Shown here piece by piece: positions 1 to 8,274 of a DNA stretch of 32,000 nucleotides (its first letter is position 1; each line of letters opens with the position of its first letter). Source of the DNA: Candidatus Thorarchaeota archaeon (lineage in GTDB: Archaea > Asgardarchaeota > Thorarchaeia > Thorarchaeales > Thorarchaeaceae); NCBI GenBank assembly GCA_008080745.1, contig SHMX01000001.1, forward strand, positions 300,001-332,000, in the 5' to 3' direction. The notes below the pieces were generated by a model. It was given only the letters and a program-made list of their open reading frames with translations, was not told the DNA's origin and did not search any database. The position numbers and the translations under genes were made by a program.

Positions 1-171
1 AATAAATTTGAGTCCGACGCCCATTTCCACTTTGTCATCCATAACTTTGGGAATGCTGTCATCAATGTAGACGCTTTTGGTAGTTGCCCTGACCATGAAT
101 GCCTCAGCTTGGCTTGCTCCTGCTTTTTCTGCAGTTTGAATCACCCTGGAAGTAATATCACTCATATCCAT
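1..171 (-). CDS. pmbA: PmbA/TldE family protein, N-terminus only (runs off window start)
   Basis: Manual translation from ATG at 171 gives MDMSDITSRVIQTAEKAGASQAEAFMVRATTKSVYIDDSIPKVMDDKVEMGVGLKFI, a typical PmbA N-terminus. It starts 1 nt after the tldD stop. Confidence 0.85.
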   Translation of the reverse strand, partial: MDMSDITSRVIQTAEKAGASQAEAFMVRATTKSVYIDDSIPKVMDDKVEMGVGLKFI

Positions 172-172
172 T

Positions 173-667
173 TCAGCCACCTCCAACTATTATCTCTGCA
201 CGCATATGTGGACCCCCACTTGAAACTGGCACCCAATCTTCTTCGCCCTTACCACAGGTACCACCTGAGAAGTCCAAGGTTTTACCTACCGCATCGACAC
301 TTTGTAGAATATCTAGTACCTTTCCTGCTAGTGACATACCCCGAACTAACTGTGTTAGTTCGCCATTCTTAATGATATAGCCTTTCAACGCACTTGCTTG
401 TACACCACCTCCAACGACATCCTCCATACCTGATGTGGCCTTGATTACATAGAGACCGTCTTTTGTATCCTCGATTATCTCTTCATTCTTCCAATCTCCG
501 GAGTCAAAGAATGTATTTGTCATCCTCGCAAAGATGCGTCGGTTGTAATCTTGTGCTCTACCATTTCCAGTAGGATTCACACCCATAAGAATCGCTGATT
601 CAAGCGTATGCATGTAGCCTGAAAACACACCATTTTCGATGATGGTTGTACGGGAAGATGGAGTACC
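173..667 (-). pseudogene. tldD: tldD 3' fragment (downstream of the IS607 insertion)
   Basis: Reads GTPSSRTTIIENGVFSGYMH...GNGRAQDY...TCGKG...PVSSGGPH, which are TldD C-terminal motifs. It joins the 5' fragment in frame once the IS is removed. Confidence 0.9.
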
Positions 668-732
668 GTTGATTGAAAGTTGGACAAACTTAGACAGGGT
701 CTAAGCAGTCCGTCCAGCAACGGCACTGGACG
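668..732 (-). ncRNA. Candidate 3' part of TnpB omegaRNA scaffold at the IS right end (5' limit unknown)
   Basis: Two perfect 7-bp hairpins, CGTCCAG/CTGGACG (711-732) and CTTAGAC/GTCTAAG (689-705), overlap the tnpB 3' end and lie just before the element end, where TnpB omegaRNAs are encoded. Confidence 0.5.
680..698 (+). repeat. IS607 right-end subterminal 9-bp motifs (putative TnpA sites)
   Basis: TTGGACAAA (680-688) and TTAGACAGG (690-698). The first is the exact reverse complement of the left-end TTTGTCCAA. Confidence 0.7.
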
Positions 733-2770
733 ATGCATCTTGTACGTGAATGATGTTTCTAGCCGCATTCACATCGGCATGAAAGTGCTCATCACATCCT
801 GAGCAATAAAAGTACTCTCCACCTCGGGTTTCGGTGGTAGCATGAGCATCCTTGACCCGGACCCCCTTCTGTCCACACTGATGGCAGAGCTGGGAGGTAT
901 GCCAGGGGTTGACGGTCCACACAGAATACGGACTATGACCTACCTGCTCCCGCATGTACCTGACCGTGTCGATGATCTTACCCCAGAGGTTGGAACTGAG
1001 GTTGTATGACAGGTCCTTGGACCCACCATGAGCCTGAAAGCTCCGGAGGTCCTCAAAGAAGATCTTTCGAACCCGATGCTCCTCGCATACCCAGACGGTC
1101 TCAGAGGCCACTGTTCGAGCCACCTCTCGGTCAAGACGACGAACCTTTCTCCACAGGGCATCGATGTGTCTATCCTTCTTGAGGATATGCCCAGGATAAA
1201 CCTGTCCTGACCGTTTGCGGTCCCAGTTGTTCTTCTTCCGTTTGGACTCTGAGATCAATGTGTAAGCCTGCTTTCGCAGGAGTTCTCGCTTCTGGATCAA
1301 ACGTGCAGCTCCGATGAGGCGGTCCACGAACTCTCGGCCATCCTTAGTATCTCGTTCTATCGAGATGGCCACAGGTGACCGAAGGCCTCGGTCAACTCCC
1401 GCCTTTGCGTCATAGTCTCGCTCCCCCAGAACCTCTTCAATGAGGGTATCATCGGGAGCCATGAAGGGAATCTGCAGGGTGACCCGTCGCCCATCCACAA
1501 GAATACGAGGAGGAGCACTTCGACGGGACTGACGCAATATATGTACCTGTTTCTCTAGCTCGGTTATCTGTTCCTCGTCCCGGTTCCGCCTGGCCTTCAG
1601 TCGTGCTAGGAGATGAGCTGCGTGCTGAAACTGGATGGTGTTTATGAGCTGGTGGTGCATGTCGTCAAATTTTGCTGCTCGAAATAGCAGTTGGTCTTTT
1701 CGCTGAAGGTCTGCAGTCTTCTCAGCCATCCCTCTATCATCATTCGCAGCTCGGGAGAGCCAGTTGAGAAAGCGAAAGCTCAAGGTTCGCTTTTTATACG
1801 GAGAGGCATCGTGGTCCCTTCCATCGATACCTGGGGGAAGCTTGAGATGAAGGAGAATCTCCTTGGGTCGGTCCTCATCCACGGTGAACCAGTACCCCTG
1901 CCCGATACTGTTCTCGGTTGATGCAGAGAAGTCGAGGGAATAGTTACGAAGCTGGGGGGTGGTGAAGGGATAGCCCTTCTTATCCCAGTGCTGGAGGAGC
2001 TGGAGGACCATACCTGAGACCTGCCCATAGTCCGGGGAACTGGTCCTGAGGAGTGATGCTATCTTCTTTCGTTGTGTGCCTCGCCACTGGAGCTTGATTC
2101 CCATAGTATCTAGTACATGCTGGTCCACGGCATACCGGAGCTGTCTCAGTACCCCCATAGCGTAATGAAATCCGGACCCGTTATCCTTAACGGCATCACA
2201 GGCATCCCGGACCTTTCGGATCAGGGCTCCGGGGATACGTTTTCGCCGCATCAGGCTCAGGGCATCATCGGGGTCCTTTACCAAGACCGTAACCGCTGCT
2301 GTGAAGAGCTGACGTCGGGAGTAGTCCGCCAAGACCATCCGTCCCACCTGCTCCAAGGCATTGCGATGGAGTCGTTCGTAGATCAGGGTCTTGAACTCGT
2401 CATTCTTTTCGTAACAGAGGTCTTTTTCCCTGCGAAGGAGGGTGTAGGCTCTTCCGCGGTATTCAGAGAGAGCCTTACCGATAGTCTCCGCCCGGGTTGG
2501 TGAGGCATAGACTCGGTCCAACATCATATTTACTACAGTGACATACTTCTCGAAGTGTCTCATCAGCCGCTCAAGGTCAATACCCTTGACCTTCTGACCG
2601 GAGCCCTTAGCAACCAAGCGTAATTGATGGGTCTGTGTATCTTGTCTGAAACGGGGGTCGGGTCGGTTGCCCTTGCCGCGCCGCTCCACTACCCGGTTAA
2701 CAGAATTCAGAACGAAGGACTCGACGAGATAGGAAACCTTTGAATTCCTACTAATATATTTGCCAGTCAT
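701..2770 (-). CDS. tnpB: Large TnpB/Cas12f-like RNA-guided endonuclease (~689 aa from MTGKY; ORF open from 2839)
   Basis: RuvC-I GVDRG, RuvC-II FFEDL, zinc ribbon CHQC...CSGC, RuvC-III HADVNAARNI. Located downstream of IS607 tnpA. Confidence 0.88.
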   Translation of the reverse strand: MTGKYISRNSKVSYLVESFVLNSVNRVVERRGKGNRPDPRFRQDTQTHQLRLVAKGSGQKVKGIDLERLMRHFEKYVTVVNMMLDRVYASPTRAETIGKALSEYRGRAYTLLRREKDLCYEKNDEFKTLIYERLHRNALEQVGRMVLADYSRRQLFTAAVTVLVKDPDDALSLMRRKRIPGALIRKVRDACDAVKDNGSGFHYAMGVLRQLRYAVDQHVLDTMGIKLQWRGTQRKKIASLLRTSSPDYGQVSGMVLQLLQHWDKKGYPFTTPQLRNYSLDFSASTENSIGQGYWFTVDEDRPKEILLHLKLPPGIDGRDHDASPYKKRTLSFRFLNWLSRAANDDRGMAEKTADLQRKDQLLFRAAKFDDMHHQLINTIQFQHAAHLLARLKARRNRDEEQITELEKQVHILRQSRRSAPPRILVDGRRVTLQIPFMAPDDTLIEEVLGERDYDAKAGVDRGLRSPVAISIERDTKDGREFVDRLIGAARLIQKRELLRKQAYTLISESKRKKNNWDRKRSGQVYPGHILKKDRHIDALWRKVRRLDREVARTVASETVWVCEEHRVRKIFFEDLRSFQAHGGSKDLSYNLSSNLWGKIIDTVRYMREQVGHSPYSVWTVNPWHTSQLCHQCGQKGVRVKDAHATTETRGGEYFYCSGCDEHFHADVNAARNIIHVQDASSSAVAGRTA

Positions 2771-2873
2771 TGTCTTATGCTCTGTCGTTGATTCACTCTC
2801 AGACTCTTGCCTCCAGGACTGGCACTGGATTTGTTCCATCGTTCTGGTTCTCCACAGTACTGTGCTGACTGTA

Positions 2874-3239
2874 CTATATAATCTCAGTACAAGATATCCG
2901 TCGCATATTCAGCCCTGAGCCTACATCCGTAAAGACCATGGGTCCCGTCTTGAACCGAACTCTACAGGCCCTGGTCAGCAACTCTAACTGCCGGTCCAGG
3001 TCACCATCGGTCTTCTGTCGATGTCCCGAGACCCGGGCGTAGACTGCACATCTCTTTCCTCCGGGTGAATCCAGTAGTTTTCGATGAAAGATTCCCAATA
3101 CTCTGTTGACCTCTGCAAGGGCTATCCGTCGGTGGTTCCCTGCGGTTCTATGACAGGTGAGAAATCCTCGGGCATCCCATCGCCGGATGGTCTTGGTGCA
3201 CACACCCAAGCGCCGTGCTGCCTGTGATACTGTGAACAT
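2874..3239 (-). pseudogene. tnpA: IS607 serine transposase TnpA, C-terminally truncated (121 aa)
   Basis: MerR-type HTH (AARRLGVCTKTIRRWD), catalytic YARVS and DVGSGLN are present. The ORF stops before the DRLxR motif and helix E. Confidence 0.88.
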
Positions 3240-3266
3240 ATTAATACTTCAAAGAATCAGCTGATA

Positions 3267-3285
3267 TATGTCCACCTTTGTCCAA
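3267..3285 (+). repeat. IS607 left-end subterminal direct repeats
   Basis: TATGTCCAC (3267-3275) and TTTGTCCAA (3277-3285), 10-nt spacing, ~22-40 nt inside the left end. Confidence 0.7.
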
Positions 3286-3307
3286 GTTTTCACGGACTGT
3301 TTCCTAC

Positions 3308-4203
3308 CCCTCCGAGTCAAACGGAATTCTTCCTTGAGGTCCCTCAAGAGTTCCATCATCAATCATTGTGACCATATCAGATGCAATCTTCTTTCCAACC
3401 ATTCCTGTAAGAAAAGAACGCTCTTTGACTACTTCGTCAGCCTCACTTGCATGTCCACATACCTCGTGAGCTATCAGCCCTGCGACATCACCATCCATTA
3501 TAACTTTCAGTTTTCCAGAGGGGGGTTTTTCTGCTTCTAGTAATTTTAGGGCGGAATGAGCACAAGTACCAGCAAAATCAACAGGATCTATTTCTCGTAC
3601 AAGCTCATAACCCTTAGAGCCGGACCTAATAGCATAATCATACTGAACTGTAGATTCGTCTCTCACTACTGGTTGAACCATCAAAATGGTTCGTATTTCA
3701 TCCCAGGCGAGGCGTGTTCCCAGGGTATTTACTAGATGATATACACGTTTGCCATCACTATATACACTATTTGTATTTACGACCTTATCGTCTACTTTCT
3801 GGGCCTCGTCTAATTCCATAACAATATCCAGTTTCTCAGATGCGCTCACAGAAATCGGGTCTTCTTTGACCTTTTGCCACACTGTTTTCTCGACTGGAGT
3901 GATTCTTGAGAGATCTATGTTCTTTCAAGAATATTTAGCTCCCGCCTTTGCCATCTTTACTGCGGTTTCAAGCAACTCGTATAACCGCATTTCAGTTACC
4001 TTCCGAGTCATCGACGCTTGGCCCCAACACTCTCCAACAAGAGCACGGGCAACAGTACCAGTAGCAGAGGGCTGGGTAAAACTCCGCAAACGCCCATTTT
4101 GAGCCATCATTCGAGAACTCTTTCGAACCTCGTGACGAATATCAGCAAAAAGAGGTTCCTTTTTTGAAAATTCCTCGATGACTTCTCCCATCATTTCTAA
4201 CAT
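3308..4203 (-). pseudogene. tldD: tldD 5' fragment with in-frame TGA at 3925-3927
   Basis: ORFs 3925-4203 and 3304-3882 share one frame, separated only by TGA (AKYS*KNIDL). The HEVCGH metalloprotease motif and PFDSEG are present. The reconstructed protein is ~462 aa. Confidence 0.9.
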
Positions 4204-4260
4204 GTGATGTCACTGAGATTTGTGGATGCGTTTGTGAAATAAGTCTGCTTGCCAGAGCAG

Positions 4261-5175
4261 TTAGAGGAATAATGTGCCTCTGAGAATCAATACAGCAGTT
4301 CCACCTACTCTTACCTGCGATATATTTTCCCGATCACCTGTAACCTCAACAAAGACATTCCCCGGACGTCCAACATAGTGCCCCTGTTCAACAACGATAC
4401 TTGTAACTGGAACAGATGGATCCATGAGCCCATACTTGAGAATGTAACCAGCCATAGCTCCAGCACCAGACCCACTAACAGGGTCTTCATTAACTCCCAA
4501 ACGTGGTGCGAAGTGTCTCACCTGAAAGTCAGAGGTCACATCCCGGACATCATGAGTAAAGACCTGAACCGACACATAGTCTGCATCTTGACCAAGCTCT
4601 ACCAGTCTCTTCCAGTCAGGAGAGATGTTATCAAGAGCACGTTGGGTCGATACTGGAATCATCAGATGAGGGGTTCCGGTACTTACAGTCTGTATAGGAT
4701 TAATAGTCGAGAAGTCAGCCAATGTAAGTCCCAACGCTTCTGCATAGTCCTTCGGGTCGTATGCTTCCATGAAGGAGGGAGTTGAATGCAGTATCTGAAC
4801 TTCATGGTTACCCGTGGTGTCATTACGAACAATTTCTACATCAAGAACCCCTGTTGAGGTCTCTAAAGTACACATGTTCACGTCCTGTACTACTTCAACC
4901 AAGCCTTCCTGAATGAGGGCATGGAAGGCTGCAATAGTAGGATGGCCAGAAAATCCAAGTTCTCCATTAGGGGTCATATACCTGAATTTGAAATCTGCAC
5001 GATTAGAACTTGAAACGAAGACTGTTTCACGAACGTTGAATTCTCTTGATATCTTTAGAAGATTCTCTTTGGATATGTGATTTGCACCCAGTACCACAGT
5101 GGCAGGATTACCACCAAAAGGTATGTCTGTGAAAGCATCTACATGCATTATTTTTAGTTCGCGCTGACGTCTCAT
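4261..5175 (-). CDS. PhzF family isomerase/epimerase
   Basis: VDAFTDIPFGGNPATV, FSGHPTIA and EDPVSGSG motifs. Confidence 0.9.
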   Translation of the reverse strand: MRRQRELKIMHVDAFTDIPFGGNPATVVLGANHISKENLLKISREFNVRETVFVSSSNRADFKFRYMTPNGELGFSGHPTIAAFHALIQEGLVEVVQDVNMCTLETSTGVLDVEIVRNDTTGNHEVQILHSTPSFMEAYDPKDYAEALGLTLADFSTINPIQTVSTGTPHLMIPVSTQRALDNISPDWKRLVELGQDADYVSVQVFTHDVRDVTSDFQVRHFAPRLGVNEDPVSGSGAGAMAGYILKYGLMDPSVPVTSIVVEQGHYVGRPGNVFVEVTGDRENISQVRVGGTAVLILRGTLFL

Positions 5176-5491
5176 ATTCCATCAACTCTTCATCATATGA
5201 AAATAACCTATTAAGGTCTCATTACATGGCTGATGAAAAGTTTGCAAAAGAGAAGGTGCGGGCACATGGAAATCGTGGTAGGAGGGGGGAGTTTCGTAAT
5301 TGAGGGCATGTAACGAAAAACTAGCCATGTACCCGCTTGTTTTTCTTGTTTTATGCTTGGTATGTACCACTCAATTTACTGTCACAAAGTGACTAATTGT
5401 AACATGAATTGAATTCTTTTAATTATTTCGGTCTTTAATGGAAAAATTAACAGGATTAAGTGCTAGAATATTATTTTACAAAAGAGTGAGG

Positions 5492-5512
5492 GAGGATGCG
5501 GTCTGCATCCCC
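5492..5512 (-). terminator. Hairpin + U-tract after tes 3' copy C
   Basis: Minus strand GGGGATGC-AGACC-GCATCCTC (8 bp with one G-U pair), followed by CCTCACTCTTTT, 8 nt after the stop. Confidence 0.6.
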
Positions 5513-5520
5513 GCGAATTA

Positions 5521-5750
5521 TTAATCTTTAGCAACAAAGGTTTGGAGATAGATCTTCCTCAACCTTGTCTGGCCTACGGCGTTCTCTCCACTCCTCGATC
5601 GGAATGCTGAACTTCTCCTCAGATATTGCACGGTGAATGGTGTTCATGGTGCAGAACGGAATGGTTCGACCGTCAGGAACAGAATAGTTGATATCACAAT
5701 GAGAAACTCGTTCAAGATCGAAAGTGTATGGGTCTTGGAAGTGCATCATT
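5521..5750 (-). pseudogene. Orphan 3' fragment of tetraether synthase, copy C (decayed, two 1-nt deletions near the end)
   Basis: MMHFQDPYTFDLERVSHCDINYSVPDGRTIPFCTMN aligns to the tes C-terminus. The tail is frameshifted relative to ESISKPFVAEE. Confidence 0.9.
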
Positions 5751-5804
5751 GAAATTGGGTTGCGGGCGGTTTGTTTTTGGATGTAATCAATTACTACCTC
5801 AAAA

Positions 5805-6212
5805 TCAATAGGATTCAACTATCAATCCATCGATTTTCTCGAAATGGCGTTGATTGTTTGTCAGAATGCGAGTGACACCAGAAGATATTGCAACACCTGC
5901 AATCATAACATCTCGTATTCCAATAGGGTGTCCTCTCTTCTTCAGGCTTGCTAAAACTCTTCCTGCCTCTATAGCCGCTAAGCGAGTGAAGGGAAGAACC
6001 TCAGTCTGAGCTAGTATCTGTTCCAACTCCAGTTGTCTCTTTCGTATCTTTGAATCCTGTTGAATAGGCATGCCATATAGACCACTATATAGTTCGAAAG
6101 CATTTACTTCTGAAGTATACATGGCCATGGACTCATGTTCTGACAACCAAGAAACAGCATGCGGCTTTCTTCTCAAAATATCAACTAGAAACGTTGTATC
6201 AAGAAAGATCAG
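5805..6212 (-). CDS. vapC: VapC-type PIN-domain toxin (probable CTG start at 6212)
   Basis: The frame extends upstream of the listed TTG to give IFLDTTFLVDIL. SEVNAFELY, IGIRDVMIAG and LTNNQRHF are PIN motifs. Confidence 0.9.
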   Translation of the reverse strand: MIFLDTTFLVDILRRKPHAVSWLSEHESMAMYTSEVNAFELYSGLYGMPIQQDSKIRKRQLELEQILAQTEVLPFTRLAAIEAGRVLASLKKRGHPIGIRDVMIAGVAISSGVTRILTNNQRHFEKIDGLIVESY

Positions 6213-6454
6213 CTCAAGTCAACTCCTTCATAGGACGAAGACTGTATCTCTTCAAGGATCTCTTCTAAGGCGGTTTCTTCTTTTTCTGTTAGATCACTCC
6301 ATCCCTCAGATGTCTTTACCCACTGAAGTAAAGATGAAGTTGTCTTTCCGCGACAGAGGCGGGAGATAGTATCGCCAAAACTCTCACCGGGAAGCTTCAT
6401 CTTCTTGAGAAGATCATATACTTCTTCAGTAACAGAAATTGTCTTGGATGCCAT
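6209..6454 (-). CDS. vapB: Archaeal VapB-family antitoxin
   Basis: MASKTISVTEEVYDLLKKMKLPGESFGDTISRL matches the archaeal VapB antitoxin pattern. Acidic C-terminus; its stop overlaps the vapC start. Confidence 0.88.
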   Translation of the reverse strand: MASKTISVTEEVYDLLKKMKLPGESFGDTISRLCRGKTTSSLLQWVKTSEGWSDLTEKEETALEEILEEIQSSSYEGVDLS

Positions 6455-6466
6455 AGTATTCACACT

Positions 6467-6493
6467 CTACATATGTATATGTAGATATATAAA
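6467..6493 (-). promoter_or_regulatory. vapBC promoter: TATA box plus palindromic operator
   Basis: Perfect 8-bp inverted repeat CTACATAT-GT-ATATGTAG (6467-6484), directly downstream of minus-strand TTTATATA and just upstream of vapB. Confidence 0.65.
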
Positions 6494-6548
6494 CTCTGAT
6501 TCTTTTCAAAAAATAGTCTGAGGACTTTTGAGGTTGGAAAAAGAGGGG

Positions 6549-6568
6549 GAGGATGCTCGTGCATCCTC
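6549..6568 (-). terminator. Hairpin + U-tract after tes 3' copy B
   Basis: Perfect 8-bp stem GAGGATGC/GCATCCTC followed by CCCCTCTTTTT on the minus strand, 6 nt after the stop. Confidence 0.65.
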
Positions 6569-6574
6569 AAACGT

Positions 6575-6815
6575 TCACTCGTCCTGTGCTACGAAGGGAG
6601 TGGTGATGGATTCCTCTTCCATCTTGTCGGGTTTTCTGCGTTCTCTCCACTCTGCCAAGGGGATACTGAACTTCTCCTCAGATCTTGCACGGTGAATGGT
6701 GTTCATGGTGCAGAACGGAATGATTCGACCATCGGGTAGGGAGTAGTTGATGTCACAGTGCTGGACTCGTTCAAGATCGAAATTGTATGGGTCTTGGAAG
6801 TGCATCATGCCGACC
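6575..6815 (-). pseudogene. Orphan 3' fragment of tetraether synthase, copy B (intact 77-codon frame)
   Basis: (LVG)MMHFQDPYNFDLERVQHCDINYSLPDGRIIPFCTMN...EEESITTPFVAQDE is homologous to the tes C-terminus. Confidence 0.9.
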
Positions 6816-6895
6816 AGCTGATTTTTTTCTAAGACAGTAGTAGGAAATCATTTCAAAGGAATAGTGAAAAAAGAAGGTATCCCGAAGGATACCGA

Positions 6896-7591
6896 TTATG
6901 TGAAGAAGTTCCAGCTTATGTAGTGAGTGTCCCAGTCAGCATTGCCATTAGGCCATGAGGTCTTGTAGAACTCAGAAAATCCGGACAAGCCTGCACGAAG
7001 CCAGATTCCCACAAAGTAGTACTGAGAAGTTGAGAATTCGTAGTAATCATTGAAGTATAGCGAATCATAGATGTCTTTGTATCCAGTAGAACTGGACCAG
7101 CTCTGACTGTTCTTCTGGCTCCAAGATACACTATCACCAGGATGATAGGAACTCCATCCCCTGACAATTGGAGTACTCTGCCCCATATCAACAACTACCC
7201 AATATGCCTCCCAAGACGCAACACTTAGCCAGCCAGAACTGATACCATAGAGGAAATCAGCATCGATTGAGAGTTGCAAGTATTTATGGGAGGAATCAGC
7301 TGGCTTGATCTTGATGAGACAGTAGAATTCCAAATAAGCAGTACCTATTCCACCATCTCTATCACCATGGAAATCAAAATCCCCATTGTACTCATGAGCT
7401 GAAACATAGGTCCAGACATTTGAATCGTAGCCAGACTTCACAAAGGCAACCATCTGCGCACTTCCCGAATAGACCGTACCACTATTAGCCTGAATCCCTG
7501 TAGGATCATGCAGAGCAGCAACTGGTTTTGGAAAGAGCACAAGGGCCACCAGAAACACTGCACAAAACAGTAACTTTCCATTTGTTTTCAA
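6896..7591 (-). CDS. Secreted hypothetical protein (signal peptide; Ser/Trp/Tyr-rich)
   Basis: The N-terminus KTNGKLLFCAVFLVALVLFPKPVAA looks like a signal peptide. No family recognised. Confidence 0.7.
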   Translation of the reverse strand: MKTNGKLLFCAVFLVALVLFPKPVAALHDPTGIQANSGTVYSGSAQMVAFVKSGYDSNVWTYVSAHEYNGDFDFHGDRDGGIGTAYLEFYCLIKIKPADSSHKYLQLSIDADFLYGISSGWLSVASWEAYWVVVDMGQSTPIVRGWSSYHPGDSVSWSQKNSQSWSSSTGYKDIYDSLYFNDYYEFSTSQYYFVGIWLRAGLSGFSEFYKTSWPNGNADWDTHYISWNFFT

Positions 7592-7705
7592 TCACGTTAC
7601 CCCGTACCAAGAATCTGGTACACTATACCAGACGCATAAGAAATATAAAAAAAAATATCGAAATATATAAAAGATTAATCGAATAGAAAATCTTGGTAGA
7701 TGTGA

Positions 7706-8206
7706 TTGAAAGAACGTAGCGAAAGGCAGGGTGCCCCGTGGTGGCTTCCAGTTCTAATCATTGCGGTTGTATACTTTGTTCCATGGAACTTCAATTTCTT
7801 TAGCTTCAGAAAGATACTTTATCTTGAAGCTCTGTCTTGGAGACTAACTGTCTTTGGAAACCCATACGAAATGGCTTTTGGATGGGTTAGATTTGATGAA
7901 ATTATCCTGGGGATACCATTCTACATCTTCTTTCATCTCTTCGCGATTCAATGGTATAGACTCTATGAAGGGAAAGCCTCAGTTCGAAGTACTCTAATCC
8001 TTGGCATTCTTACTATCAGCATCCAAGCGTTCATTATCTTCATGACTATGTTACCTATATTGTGGAATCCATCATGGCCATATGTAGTACCTCCTAGCTA
8101 TCCGATTCCAGTATGTGCCTTCATCGCATGGATCTTCATCAAGGTGTATCCCCCACCGAACCAAGAACCTGAGTCGGACTGGCTTGATGAAGAAAACTCA
8201 GAGTGA
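7706..8206 (+). CDS. Hypothetical multi-pass membrane protein with acidic tail
   Basis: About four hydrophobic segments; C-terminus PPNQEPESDWLDEENSE. Divergent from the secreted-protein gene across an AT-rich spacer. Confidence 0.7.
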   Translation: MKERSERQGAPWWLPVLIIAVVYFVPWNFNFFSFRKILYLEALSWRLTVFGNPYEMAFGWVRFDEIILGIPFYIFFHLFAIQWYRLYEGKASVRSTLILGILTISIQAFIIFMTMLPILWNPSWPYVVPPSYPIPVCAFIAWIFIKVYPPPNQEPESDWLDEENSE

Positions 8207-8245
8207 TTTCGTTTCAAGACTGGAAAGAAGGGAAAAAGAAGGAGA

Positions 8246-8265
8246 GAGGATGCAAAGACATCCTC
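8246..8265 (-). terminator. Hairpin + pyrimidine tract after full-length tes (copy A)
   Basis: GAGGATG-TCTTTG-CATCCTC followed by TCTCCTTCTTTTTCCCTTTC, 9 nt after the stop. Confidence 0.65.
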
Positions 8266-8274
8266 AATGATCGA

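Larger units (their letters stand above)
666..3309 (-). mobile_element. IS607-family insertion sequence (tnpA serine recombinase + large tnpB) inserted in tldD
   Basis: Minus-strand junctions are GAC TCG GAG GG|GTAGG...TCAATCAAC GG|TACTCCA. Removing the element plus one GG restores FDSEGTP. No target duplication beyond GG. Visibly more GC-rich than the flanks. Confidence 0.93.

Noticed and set aside
2840-2908. Programmed frameshift fusing TnpA to TnpB
   Set aside because: The two frames overlap openly for ~35 nt, but no slippery sequence is visible and a deletion explains the arrangement.
666-3309. Large RuvC protein as a CRISPR-Cas12 effector
   Set aside because: No repeat-spacer array or cas1/cas2 in the window, and the gene lies inside defined IS607 ends.
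3240-3309. IStron (group I intron-IS chimera) that splices out to rescue tldD
   Set aside because: Only ~68 nt lie between the left end and the tnpA ATG, too short for a group I ribozyme core. tldD also carries a separate nonsense codon.
3925-3927. In-frame TGA as selenocysteine
   Set aside because: It falls in a variable linker of TldD rather than a conserved Cys position, and no SECIS-like element was recognised. A nonsense mutation is simpler.
5226-5303. 25-aa small ORF and GTCAC-AAA-GTGAC palindrome (5381-5393) upstream of phzF
   Set aside because: Too short to distinguish from chance without conservation data.
5528-5818. Listed 96-aa ORF as a real gene
   Set aside because: It is non-homologous spacer sequence fused to the frameshifted tes remnant, and it overlaps the vapC stop.
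5521-6815. tes fragments as simple collapsed or duplicated assembly repeats
   Set aside because: The copies differ by many substitutions and indels and have different terminator loops. A strain-chimeric assembly still needs a long-read check.
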